From: the human T2T-CHM13v2.0 reference genome, Homo sapiens
DNA length: 64,000 nt
Strand: one strand, 5' to 3'
NCBI RefSeq assembly: GCF_009914755.1
Contig: NC_060925.1
Below are positions 39,091-53,044 of this stretch, piece by piece (within the stretch, counting starts at the first letter, position 1; each line of letters starts with the position of its first letter). The notes below the pieces were generated by a model that was not told the origin of the DNA, ran no database searches, and worked only from the letters and a program-made list of their open reading frames with translations. The position numbers and the translations under genes were made by a program.

Positions 39091-42000
39091 CTCAGTTGCA
39101 GTGTAGGATTCACTCGCTGTTTTCATTCTACCCCTTGTGCAAGCCTGAACCTGGAAGGCACTCGTCCTGTGGGAATGCAGCCACCATGAAGTGTTCCAGA
39201 AAGGCTGTTTACAGGTGCATCCATGCTGAGCTCCCATAGGAGAAGCCTCAGCTTTGTCTGCAGTAGTGGCTGATGGGAAGAAGTCCCTTTCTTTAATACC
39301 TTTCACAAGTATGAGGGCTACCTGACTGTTGGGGTAGAGCTGCAGACTTTCCCTACTGAGCCTAGCACTGAACCTGTGTCTCTGCTGAAAGAAACTTCCC
39401 ACAAACAGAAAGTTCTGAGACTCAAAACCTGCCATATGAATTCTTTCATCTCTCAGGGTGCTCCCTTGATGCGGTGCACTCCTTCATCCCCTAGGAGTAG
39501 GAGCCCCCTGAAGGCCAGACTACTTTGAATCTTGCTGCTCCTCTGGGTCTAGCCATCCAGTGGGACTGCCACACTCAAGGGTGGTGCTAGGGAATATCTG
39601 CAAGGGATTCGGTGATGTGACCTGTCCTCATGTCTCTCAGCAGCAGGCACCAGCACCAGCTCTGATGGGGATGGTGCAGGAGTGGTGACACAGACTCTGA
39701 AATTTCCTTGGTTATAAATAACCTTAGTGTGTTGGCCTTCTCAAATGCCAGTTGTAGTAGTACTGAACTGATCACATGGACAGACTCAAGACCTCCTGGT
39801 TAGCCAGGGTGATGCAGGCAATGGTAAGAGCTGAAGTCACAAAAATGTTTTTTTCTTCTTGGATGCTGTGTTATTCTGCCTGCAGATGCTGTAATGTGCT
39901 GTGTCAGTTGACCTCCAGTCAGAAAGTGGCACTTGCAAAAGAGCATCAGCTGCATTGGTACTGGTGGGATTTGTGCTTTCCTTATGTTTCCCAGGGGAGG
40001 TACTCTCGTGTCTCAGGCAATGGACAGGGACATGGAGTTCCCAAAAGTTTCTGTCCTTTGTGTTAAGCTATCAAGGTGAATGGATGGGCAAAGCCAGGTA
40101 GAGGCTGGGCCAGACAAGTCTGTGCTCTGGTCTCTATTATGTTTGGATGCAAGCAGGGGCTGCAATGGGAATCAGAGGGAAGTTTTCTGGCCACTGTGGT
40201 AATGTTCCAGGAGGAGCACAGCTTCCTTTGCTGTACAGAAAAATCTGCATGGAGAATGGGGAGTAGCAGGCAGCAGTTAAGCACCACCCAGCTCCCATGT
40301 ACTTGGGAGGGAAGATCTCACACCCATAGTGTTCCGCTAGCAGTAGCTAGCTAGGTTCCAGGCAGTTGCATTCAGAGTTCAAAACTGCCCCAGACTATAA
40401 GCCTTTCTCACCAGGACAGAAACCACAGTTGCAGGCCATATTCCTCTCTGTGTGCCCACATAGCAAGGGTACCCAGCTTCTGTGCCTGTATGTACACTTT
40501 CCCTTTGTCCCTCATTTCTGGCCAGAGGAGTTCATCCCCACTGAAGACTATATTGCATATCTCAGTTAGGAGCTTCTCTCAACCTATGTCCACTGCCTGA
40601 ATTAGGTGGCCAACTTCTACAAGGTTCCCTGTGAGGTAGAATCAGGAATGGCTTCCCTTCATCCTCACTCAATTCTGACAGTGTATGTAATATACATTCT
40701 GATGCCACTCCTCATATACTCCCACTGCTCACTAAGTCAGCTCCAGTGCTGGGTAGGGTTAAGGCCTTCCACCATGGCCTGGATTGCCAGATTCCTCAGT
40801 AGAAATGTGTATCCCAGAGTCAGTCTCTCCTCTTCTGATACTCTGGAGACTCACAGTTTTCCTCCTGGCTCACAGTGTAGGCTGCAGCCTACTGATTCTT
40901 TCAAAGGCTCTGTGATTTCAGTTTTTCTGTGATGTTCTTGTGTTGCTTCTTGAATAAAAGTTCACAGCATGAGTCTCTAAACGGTATTTTGTCTTTCCAA
41001 GTGGAAGAGGCATGTTAGCAATGCTTCCAATCCACCATCTTGGAAAAATATTCTTCCCTGTTTTCCTTTATAGTTTTTATCACTTATATATATATATTTA
41101 TTTGTTTATTTTCTATTTCTTACTGCTGGAATGCCAGCTCTCAATACACTGGGAGGAGTTCTTTTATCCCCTTCACAGTTCTTTTATCCCCTTCACAGGT
41201 CACAAAGTGTGACAGGGGTATGGCTCACTTCTTTGGTGCCCCGCTGCTGAAACCCCTAGAGGAGCATGCAGATGGGCAGGCTGTGGGGAGTGTTTTTGGC
41301 TCTGACCCCACAGCAGCGTCTAGGGTTGAGTGTTTTCAGCTCCCAAAGCCCCAGTGGGCATGTGTTACACTGTGCTCTTTCAGTTTTGTCAACTGCAGGC
41401 AGCTTGTGCTAATCAGCTCAATTGGACCTTGTGCCTTATTGCCAGGGCAGAGGGCTTTGTGTATCCCGAGTTCGTGCCCTAATGTACCAGAAAAATCGGA
41501 TCACAGGTGGGCTTGGAGGATACGTGCAAGATTTTATTTAGTGGTGGAATTTGCTATAGTGAGGTGGATGCGGAACCAGAAGGGCGATGGAGTGGGAAGA
41601 TGGTCTTCTCCTGGAATTGGGCCGCCCAGTGGTCGGACTCTCCTTGACCATCCCTACCGAATTCCATATCGATGGCCTGCTGGCACCTGCTGGTGTCTGT
41701 TGATGTGCTCTTCTGCTCCTCTGCTCCTCTTGATGTCCAGCTGCTTGTGTGTGTGTGCCACTAAGTTCTCTTGGGTTCATATGGCCACAGGATGGGGGCG
41801 TGGCCGGCCAGAGTGGTCTTGGAAAATGCAACATTTGGGCATGAATACAGGAGTTCCTGTTCTCACTTAGGTCTGTGGGCACAAGCCTGAGGGTGGAGCC
41901 CTAGCCAAGGACCCTGCCCTTCTCTACCCAGCACTTTCCTGGCCCCTCTCGTATCATTTCCCGTCTCTGAAGAGGTACATCTAACTGCCATTAGAATATG

Positions 42001-42329
42001 GATGACGACTGGTCTTAGCTACTTTCTGCTGACACAGGGGGTTGTTTTGGGGAAAATGACAGTCAGGTTAAGTATGCATGGATTAAACGTGTATTATACA
42101 AGGAAAGAATTTAGTGCCAAGGATCACAGAGATAAGAAGTGAAATATACTAACAACATTTTACCCCGAGCTGTTTCGCCCTGTTGAAAAAAATTAAACCT
42201 TGTAGGGGAGTGATTAAAGTTTTGAAGAGAGATAACTGTTCTTGCCATATCTTTAGCAGTTAACTGATGTACCCTGGGAATTCTGGAGTTTGTGGGCCAT
42301 TAATACTTCTGCCTCTTTCTTGTGCCTCC

Positions 42330-43509
42330 CTTTCTCTATTGTAAAAGACTAAGGTGGCCACTTTCAGGCGGTCCTCTGATGTACCGTCTGGCCCCAGAGC
42401 CCATTTCTGCAACTTCCTCCTGATATCAGGGGCTTCCTGAGTAATGTTTATCCTTTAGGATTAGTTGTCCTTTTACTGACTCAGGAGCTAGCTAGGTATG
42501 CTTTATCAAGGCCTGTCTTAGCTTTTCCAGGAAGGCAGTAGGATTTTCATCAAATCCCTCATCAATCACAGACAAGTTAGTATAATTGAGAGACTTGGTC
42601 CTAGTTCTATGTAAGCCTTCCCTATACCACCTCAAAGTGTCTACTCTTCCAGTCTTCCATCTTGTCACTGGGATCCCATTTAGGGTCATTCACTGGTACT
42701 GCTTCTCTTCCAGTTGGATAATATTTGCCCCTTCCCTGAAACTACATGTGATGTAAAGTTTATCCCCAAATCTCTCTGCTGCTTTTAAGTGTCTGTCAGG
42801 GTCTGATTCAAAAGTAACATAACATCTCTCCAGGAGAGTTCAAATATTTGGGTGAAATTCTGGAAAGCCTCTATATATCTATCAGGGTCATCTGAAAACT
42901 TGCAAAGATCCCTCTTAATTTGCTTTAAGTTTTGTAGGGAGAAGGAAACTTGGACCTTACTAGGCCCAAATTCACTGGGCATCTGTTGCAAGGGCAAGAG
43001 TGAGACTGGGGCTTGTTTAGGATGATTTCTATAGGATGCAAGTGAGAGGCTGAAGCTGAATAGGGAGGTCATGGTAGACCCAGAGAAGCAGGGCTGGAGG
43101 GAGCTGGTTCCTCTGCCAGGTGTGCCTCTGGGACTTGTATCTTTAATTCCCTGGGCTTGCCCCTTGCAGTCTTCCCTGAGATGGCAAACAGGAGGGCTGG
43201 ATCAATTCTACACCATCAGCAAAGGTCTGGATTGCCTTACAAGGTATAGAAAGTCTGCACATATGGGGTCTCAGGCCATCTGTCCTCATGTCTACAGAAA
43301 AGTTCCAACTACTGGATGGTATTGAAATGAATGCTTCCTTCCTGAGACCAAGCCAGTTCTTGCTGTAAATCATAATGTGGCCAAACCTTCGTGCAGAGGG
43401 CTGTGAGACATTTTTCCTCCAGATTCTGAGGGTCAAAGCAGTCTCAATTGTTCAGGATAAACTCCTGAGGAGTACAAACTGGGAGTGGTGAAGAGAGCTT
43501 GTTGCTCAT
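42330..43509 (-). pseudogene. gag: Decayed ERV1-class gag (HERV-W/ERV9-related capsid)
   Basis: Fragments VQVSFSLQNLKQIKRDLCKFSDDPDRYIEAFQ...LSWRDVMLLLNQTL and ENPTAFLEKLRQALIKHT; start ATG at about 43509; multiple stops and frameshifts. Confidence 0.8.
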
Positions 43510-44754
43510 TCTGAAAGACAGGGAATAAAAGCATCCCTCACTTCCCTTCCTTCTTTCAGCGAAAACTCAGAGTGTGATGGAGAAAGAACATGAGCGTCCT
43601 CCTTTCCCCTGCCATCCTTTTATCCCTGAGTCCTGGCGACCTTGGCAGGTGCTGGCCATAGGTACCAATGCGGTATATATTCATGAAGAAGGAAACCCTA
43701 GAGAATAGGCATTAACTGCCCTGACCTATGTCTCCATCTCCCCCTGCTTTGACAATCTTTGAGTTCCATGGGCCTGTTTATGCCATGGAGCATGAACTCT
43801 TTCCATGGGGTGGGGATTCAGTCAGCAAGAATTGGTCCTGCCCATTTACACTCTGCCTATTGCCTAGCTTTGGATCCCTCATACCTGGGTTTCCTTTCTA
43901 GGGACTCAGCCCGAAGCTTGGAATCAAGCTTGGGACTGAAAAAGTATTTCAGGGCCTGTTTTATCTGTTTAGAGTGTCTCAAATGAGCCCTGCTGAATTT
44001 GCAGCTATCAGCCAGCAGGAGTTGTTTCATTAACTTTCCTATCAGAATCAGATTGCTGGGGAGGGGGAGCCCTCTCACTTAGAAAAGAAAAAAGAGAAAA
44101 ACAAAAGGGCAAAAGGGGGAGGTCCTGGGAGACGAACCCTTTGCTTAGTGCAAGTGGATCTCTTTAATCTTTGTATCCTTCCCTCTATTCAAACCAGGTT
44201 GATTCCTTGGCCAGTGGAGAAAAGTTTTGTTGGCACTGTGGGCAAGAAGGACCCACCTGTCAGGCTTGTGGGGTCCCGGTGGTAACTACAGTTTTCTTTC
44301 CCATCCCTTGTGGCTGTTGGGCATGACTTTTGCATGCTATGGACATACCCAGATACCTGTGCTGGGAGGAGAGAGGGCAAGGGAAGGTACCCCGAACCAT
44401 GTGCCTCCGGCTGTCAGGGTGGAGGTAGAGATGGTACTTCTAAGAACAATTGCTCTGATTGCACCTTTGGTGGCTGAGCCATATGCTTGTTTTACTTAGT
44501 AACATTGTGCAGCCTGTAGCAAAACTCTTAACATTATAAAGGAAGAGATAAGAGCCATTTCAAACCATGAGAGAGAGAGAGAAAAGATATGAAGTCTAGG
44601 GGTTTTGACCAACCCACTTAGGGTGGTTAAGCCTCTGTAAAGGGAAACAGAGCTTTTTTTTTTTTTTTTTTAACCTGCAGGAAAGAGAGAGAGGTGGCAG
44701 GGTTTTGGAAAAGAAGCAGATCCTACAGTTTTGCATTTGCAGTCATTTTTCCAT

Positions 44755-44772
44755 ATCCCAGGGGAGGCCCCA
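44755..44772 (-). promoter_or_regulatory. Primer-binding site for tRNA-Pro (degenerate)
   Basis: - strand tggggcctcccctgggat vs canonical tgggggctcgtccgggat (14/18), 2 nt from the LTR-terminal CA. Confidence 0.75.
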
Positions 44773-44977
44773 GTTGAAACGGGAGGAGTTCCCTTATCCC
44801 TATCAAAGGGCGTGCAACAAGAGTGTGGCTCGCTTCTTTGGTGCCCCACTGCTCAACCTCCTAGGGGGAGTATGCCGATGGGCAGGTCGTGGGGAGCATT
44901 TTTTGGGCTCCAACCCCACAGCAGCATTTGGAGTTGAGTGTTTGCAGCTCCCAAAGCCTCAGGTGGGCGTATGTTAC

Positions 44978-45777
44978 TGAGACAGGACTAGCTGGGCTTC
45001 CTAGGCCGACTAAGAATTCCTAAGCCTAGCTGGGGAAGGTGACCGCACCCACCTTTAAACATGGGGCTTGTAACTCAGCTCACACCCGACCAATCAGGTA
45101 GTAAAGAGGGCTCACTAAAATACAAATTAGGCTAAAAGCAGGAGGTAAAGAAATAGTCAAATCATGTATCATCTGAACGCACAGGGGGAGGGACAATAAT
45201 TGGGATATAAACCCCAGGCATTCGAGCTGGGAGTGGCAACCCCCTTTGGGGGAAGCCGCCTTTGGGTCCCCTCCCATTGTATGGGAACTCTGTTTTCACT
45301 CTATTAAATCTTGTAACTGCACACTCTTCTGGTCCATGTTTGTTACAGCTCGAGCTGAGCTTTTGCTCACCGTCCACCACTGCTGTTGGCCGCCATCGCA
45401 CACCTGCCACTGACTTCCACCCCTCTGGATCCGGCTGGGTGTCTGCTGCACTCCTGATCCAGCGAGGCGCCCACTGCCACTCCCAGTTGGGCTAAAGGCT
45501 CGCCATTGTTCCTGCACAGCTAAGTGCCCGGGTTCATCCTAATCAAGCTGAACACTAGTTGCTGGGTTCTACGGTTCTCTTCTGTGACCCATGGCTTCTA
45601 ATCAAGCTGTAACACTCACCACATAGGCCCAAGGTTTCATTCCTTGGAATCTGTGAGGCCAGGAACCCCAGGTCAGAGAACAAAAGGCTTGCTGCCATCT
45701 TGGGAGCGGCTGCCACCATGTTGGGAGCGGCCCACCACCATCTTGGGAGCTCTAAGAACACAGACCCACCCGTAACA
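44978..45777 (+). mobile_element. LTR17 (HERV-W) solo LTR inserted in the HUERS-P 5' LTR
   Basis: 'tgagacaggactagctgg...ccaatcagg...gatataaacccc...attaaa...gtaaca'; 4 bp TSD ttac at 44974-44977 and 45778-45781. Confidence 0.93.
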
Positions 45778-46791
45778 TTACGGTGTACTCTTTCAGTTAT
45801 GCCATCTACAGGCAGCTTGTGCTAACCAGCTCAATTAGACCCTCTGCCTTATTGCAAGGGCAGGGGGCTTTCTGTGTCCTGAGTTGTTGCCCTAGTGTAC
45901 TAGAAAAAATCAGATCACACCTGGGCTTGGAGGATAGGTGCAAGGTTTTATTGAGTGGTGGAAGTTGCTTTCAGTGAGGTGGATGGGGAGACAGAAGGGG
46001 GACAGAGTGGAAAAGTGGTCTTCTTCTGGAGTTGGGCCACCCAGTATCCAGACTCTCCTCTGATTGCCCTCGACTGAATTCCACATTGTCCCACTGTTGG
46101 TGGCCTGCCGGCATCTGCTGGTGTCTGCTCTTCTGCTCCTCTCGACATCTAGTCACTTGTGTGTGTGCCTGCTAAGTTCTCTCGGGTTTATATGGGCACA
46201 GGATGGGGGGTGTGGCAGGCCAGAGTGGTCTTGAAACATGTAACATTTGGGCACAAAAACAGGAGTGCCTGTTCTCACTTAGGTCCAAGGGCACAAGCCC
46301 GAGGGTGGAGCCCTTGGCAGGGACCCCACCCTTCTCTACCCTTCCCATATCATCAAGGCCAGGATGTTCATTTATTTTGTATTTATTTATTCATTAATTC
46401 ATCCATTCAGCAAACATTAGATATTAAGCAGACTGGAAACAAAATTAAATGTATTACTGAGCACCACTGTATAACATGTACTGTTCTAAATATTATAGAT
46501 TCATTAGTGAGTCAAAAACAAACATGAGGGCTCTTTAAGCACTCTTTGAAGACCATCACTCACTTTCATTTATGTCCCCCCAAAATTCTTACATAGATCC
46601 ATTAGAGGTAGAAAAAAGGATGTTCACTCCAGGTTATTTGTGTCTGCAGAGAGTTGGAGGAAATGCAGAGAATTACAGAGAAATACAGAGGCTTACAACA
46701 TGGAGAATGGAGAGGTAAAATACAATGAATGAACGTTATGACGAACCATGCAAGTGTTACAAACAGCAGATTGGCACACAGAGTAATGTAG

Positions 46792-47782
<991 letters not shown>

Positions 47783-48935
47783 GAACACTTTTTAAGAAAT
47801 AGACAAATACATTAAAATGCTGCCTTGGTGGGAAGGACATGAAATGGAGAATGAGAAAAAGGCAATGAAATGAAGCAGTGAGTGTGTAAGTGAGCAAGTG
47901 AGACCTAAAAGAGCAGTGTTCAGTGGACCGATGATGCTAACATTTTATGTTTAACTTAATCAATGACCCAAGTTTTCTCATACCGAGGGTGAGTAGAGCT
48001 TTTTGAGCAGCTTTTTGTGTGTTACAATTTTTAGAATCTTTGGCATCTTAGATCATTTCTTCTGAGTGCATCTAATTCTGTCACCAGTTTTCTGATATCC
48101 AAATATGTTTTCCTGTAACCATGTGTGGAACAATACAAGCTTACCTTGGAGATATTGAGAGTTTGGTTCTAGAACACTGCAATAAAGTGAATATCACAAT
48201 GAAGCAAATCAGGCAAATTTTTTGGGTTCGCAGTGCATGTAAAAGTTATATTTACACCATATGGTATTCAATTAAGTGTACAATGGGATTACGTATAAAA
48301 AACCAATGTACATACTTGAATTAAAAATACTTCATTGCTAAAAAAAATGCTAACAATCATCGGAGACTTAAGTGAATTGTAACCATTATACTAGCAGAGG
48401 GTCTCGCCTCCATGTTGATGGCTGCTAACTGATTAGGGTGGTGGTAGGTGAAGGCTGGGGTGGCTGTGACAATTTTTTTAAGACAACAGTAAAGTTTGCT
48501 GCATTGATTGACTCTTCATTTCACTAAAGGTTTCTCTGTAGCACATACTGCTGTTTGATAGTATTTTAGCCAAAGTAGAACTTCTTTCAACACTGGGGTC
48601 AATTGTCTCAAATTCTGCTACTGCTTTATCAACTAGTTTATGTAATATTCTAAATTCTTTCTTGTCATTTCAACAATGTTCACAGCATCTTCAACATGAG
48701 TACATTCCAACTCAAGAAACCACTTTCCTTGCTTATGAATAAGAAGCAACTCTCTCTGTTCAAGTTTTATCATGAGAGTGAAGCATTTCAGTCACATCTT
48801 CAGGCTCTGTTTCTAATTCTAGTTTTTTTTTTTGCTATGTCCAATAAATCTGCAGTCAGTTCCTCCACTGTAGTCTTGACTTCCCCAGTTCATAACGGTT
48901 GGAATCAATTTGTTGCAAACTCCCCTTAATACTGA

Positions 48936-49235
<300 letters not shown>

Positions 49236-50800
49236 TAATGTTGATATTTTGACCTCCACCCATGAATCACAAATATTTTTAATGGCTAGAGTGGTGAATT
49301 TTTTCAGAAGGTTTTCAATGTACTTTGCCCAGATTGATTAGATGAATAATTACCTATGACAGCTATAGCTTTAAGAAATGTATTTCTGAAAAGTCAGCAT
49401 TACTCCTTGATTCATGGGCTGCAGAATGGATGTTGTGTTAGCAGGCATGGAAATAACATTCATCTCCTTGTACATCTTCATCAGAGATCTTGGGTGACAA
49501 GACATACGTCAATGAGCAGTCATATTTGGAAAGGAATCCTTTGTTCTGAGCAGTAGGTCTCAACAGTGTGCTTAAAATATTCAGTAAATCATGTTGCAAG
49601 CAGACGTGCCATCATCCAAGCTTTGTTGTTTCATTTCTAAAACACAGGCAGGGAATATGTAACATAATTCTCAAGGATCCTACCATTTTGGGAATGGCAA
49701 ATGAACATTGGCCTCAACTTAAAGTCACCAGCTAAGTTCACCCCTAACAAGAGGATCAGCCTGTACTTTGAAGGTCTGAATTGGGCAATAGTTTGTCTTC
49801 TCTAGCTCTGAGAGTCCTAGGTGGCATATTTTTCCAATAGAAGGCTCTTTTGTCTGCATTGAAAATTTGTAATTTGGTTTAGCCAGCTTCATCAATGTTC
49901 TTAGCTAGATCATCTTGATAACTGCTGCAGCTTCTCTATTAGCACTTGCTGCGTCACCTTGCAGTTTTACATTATGGAGATGCCTTTTTTCCTCAAACCT
50001 CATGAACTAACCTCTGTTAGCTTCCAATTTTTCTCCTGTCACTTCCTCACTTCTCTCAGCCTTCATAGAGTTGAAGAGTTAGGGCCTTTCTTTGGATTAT
50101 GTTTTGGCTTAAAGGAATGTTGTGGCTAGTTTGATCTATTCAGACCACTCAAACTTTCTCCACATAAAAGTAATAAGACTGTTTTGTTTTCTTGTCATTG
50201 TTTGTTCACTGGAGCAGTACTTTTAATTTCCTTCAGGAACTTTCCCTTTGCATTCACAATTTGGCTTAATGTTTGGTGCAAGAGGCCTAGCTTTTGACCT
50301 ATCTCAGTTCATCATGCCTTCCTCACTTAATCACTTCTAGCTCTTGATTTTAAGGGAGAGATATAAGACTCTTTCTTTCATTTAAGAGGCCATTGTGGAG
50401 TTATTAATTGGCCTAATTTTAATATTGTTGTGTCTCGGGCAATAATGAGGCCTGAAGAGAGAGAGAGACAAGAAACTGCTGGTGGGAGGAGGAGGCAGAA
50501 CACACGCAACATTTATTGATTAAGTTTGCTGTCTTTTATGGGTGTTGTTTGGGGTGTCCCAAAACAATAACAATAATAACATCAAAAGTCACTGATAAAA
50601 GATCACCATAGCAGATGTAATAATAATTAAAAAGTTTGAAGTATTGTGAGAATTGCCATAACATGACACAGAGACATAATGTGAGCACATGCTGTTAGCA
50701 AAATAATGCCAATCGCCTTACTTCACACTGAGTTGCCACAAACCTTCAATGTGTGAAAAAATCCAATATCCATGAAGCACAATAAAATGAGTTATACCTA

Positions 50801-51104
50801 GGCTGGGTGTGGTGGCTCATGCTTGTAATCCCAGCACTTTGGGAGGCCGAAGAAGGCAGATAACTTGAGGTCAGGATTTTGAGACCAGCCTAGCCAACAT
50901 GGTGAAACCCCGTTTCTACTAAAAATACAAAAATTAGCAGGGCATGATGGCACACCCCTGTAATCCCAGCTACTCAGGAGGCTGAGGCAAGAGAATCACT
51001 TGAACCTGGGAGATAAATGTTGCAGTGAGCCAAGACCACACCACTGTACTCCAGCTTGGGTGACAGACAAAGACACCATCTCAAAAAAAAAAAAAAAAAA
51101 AAAA
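50801..51104 (+). mobile_element. AluSz-like inserted in the Tigger1 terminal inverted repeat
   Basis: Full dimer with A-tail; TSD gttataccta/gttatgtcta. Confidence 0.92.
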
Positions 51105-51251
51105 GGTTATGTCTATACATGTGTGTTTCTGTGTGTATGAGTTTGTACACATATACATTTCTCTGTTGTCTTTTATTCAGCTCTTTTGATTAGAAATCCC
51201 ATGGAGAAAAGGAGGAAATTACCAGGGGGAAAGAATTCACCTTTGATTTCT

Positions 51252-53044
51252 TTTTTTTTTCTATGAACGATGATGATACCTATTATTTATTCACTATTTG
51301 CTATGTGACAATGTGCTAAACAATTTTACACCCACCACTGCATTAAAGTCTTCAAACTTTTCCATACAAAGCTACCATTGTACCAATTTTATGGATGGAA
51401 AGACTGAAAGCAAGATTAAGACTAAGTTTATGTAACTTAACATTTACTATAACGTAGGTCAGTGGGGATTCTGATCCTGGTTGTACATAAAAATCATTCG
51501 GGAAACTTGAAAAAAAGGCCATGTCAGCACCTCAAGATACTTTAATTTAAATAACCTACTTATTGCACATACTGGCATTTTCTTTTTTTCTTTTTTTTCT
51601 TTTTTTGCTTCATGGGTTTTTTTTTTCTTTAAATTCTGGGGTACATGTGCAGAACGTGCAGTTTTGTTACATAGGTATACACATGCCATGGTGGTCGTGC
51701 CATGGTGGTTTGCTGAACCCATCAACCCATCACCTACATTAGGTATTTCTCCTAATGTTATCCCTCCCCTACCTAGCCCCCCACCACCCGACAGACCCCA
51801 GTGTGTGATGTCCCCCTCCCTATGTCCATGTGTTCTCATTGTTCCACTGCTCAAGGAAATAAGAGAGGACACAAACAAATGGAAAAACATTCCATGCTCA
51901 TGGATAGGAAGAATCAACATTGTGAAAATGGTCACACTGCCCAAAGTAAATTATAGATTCAATGCTATCCCCATCAAGCTACCAATGACTTTCTTCACAG
52001 AATTGGGAAAAACTACTTTAAACTTCATATGGAACCAAAAAAGAGCCTGCATAGCCAAGACAATCCTGGGCAAGAAGAACAAAGCTGGAGGCATCACGCC
52101 ACCTGACTTCAAACTATACTACAAGGCTACAGTAACCAAAACAGCATGGTACTGGTACCAAAACAGATAAATAGACCAATGGAACAGAACAGAGCCCTCA
52201 GAAATAACACCACACATCTACAACCATCTGATCTTTGACAAATCTGACACAAACAAGCAACGGGGAAAAGATTCCCTACTTAATAAATGGTGTTGGGAAA
52301 ACTGGCTAGCCATATGCAGAAAACTGAAACTGGACCCCTTCCTTACATCTTATACAAAATCAACTCAAGATGGATTAAAGATGTAAATGTAAGGCCTAGG
52401 ACCATAAAATTCCTAGAAGAAAACCTGGGCAATACCATTAAGGACACAGGCATGGGCAAAGACTTCATGTCTAAGACACCAAAAGCAATGGCAACAAAAG
52501 CCAAAATTGACAAATGGGATCTAATTAAACTAAAGAGCTTCTGCACAGCAAAATAAACTATTATCAGAGTGAACAGGCAACCTACAGAATGGGAGAAAAT
52601 TTTTGCAACCTACCCATCTGACAAAGGGCTAATATCCTGAATCTACAAAGAACTTAAAGAAATTTACAAGAAAAAAAAAAAAAAAACAATCCCATCAAAA
52701 AGTGGGCAAAGGATATGAGCAGACTATTCTCAAAAGAAGACATTTATGCAGCCAACAGACGTATGTAAAAATGCTCATCATCACTAGTTATTAGAGAAAT
52801 GAAAATCAAAGCCACGATGAAATACCATCTCACGCCAGTTAGAATGGTGATCATTAAAAAGTCAGGAAACAACTGGTGCTGGAGAGGATGTGGAGAAATA
52901 GGGAAACTTTTACACTGTTGGTGGGAATGTAAATTAGTTCAACTATTGTGGAAGACAGTGTGGCAATTCTTCAAGGATCTAGAACTAGAAATACCATTTG
53001 ACCCAGCAATTCCATTACTGGGTATGTGCCCAAAGGATTATAAG
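51252..53044 (-). mobile_element. L1PA7-like twin-primed (5'-inverted) insertion with ~320 bp 3' transduction
   Basis: Outer tail 51252-51260, transduced MIR+MER5A 51261-51577, L1 tail and 3'UTR 51578-51843 (-), inverted ORF2 51844-53044 (+); exact 15 bp TSD tcacctttgatttct at 51237-51251 and 53045-53059. Confidence 0.85.

Larger units (their letters stand above)
32125..41047 (-). mobile_element. Originally full-length L1PB (PB2/PB3-like): 3' part 32125-36251, 5'UTR 39091-41047; ORF1 and the start of ORF2 missing
   Basis: L1PB 3'UTR at the left; L1PB/L1P4-type 5'UTR ending 'ccaccatcttgga' at the right; TSD core atattcttcc at 32114-32123 and 41048-41057. Confidence 0.8.
41145..46352 (-). mobile_element. 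HUERS-P (HUERS-P2-like) provirus with LTR1-family LTRs; gag-only, no pol/env
   Basis: 3'LTR 41145-41956, internal 41957-44774, 5'LTR 44775-46352 (split by LTR17); 4 bp TSD tcaa at 41141-41144 and 46353-46356; polypurine tract next to 41957. Confidence 0.82.

Noticed and set aside
38986-39435. 149-codon ORF fusing L1 5'UTR sequence in frame to L1PA10 ORF2 (QIDTIKND)
   Set aside because: A by-product of the deletion junction; it frameshifts and stops soon after, with no evidence of function.
41040-41870. 276-codon ORF
   Set aside because: It runs across L2 and the antisense strand of an LTR1, begins at a non-ATG codon and has no domain-like features; a chance ORF in GC-richer LTR DNA.
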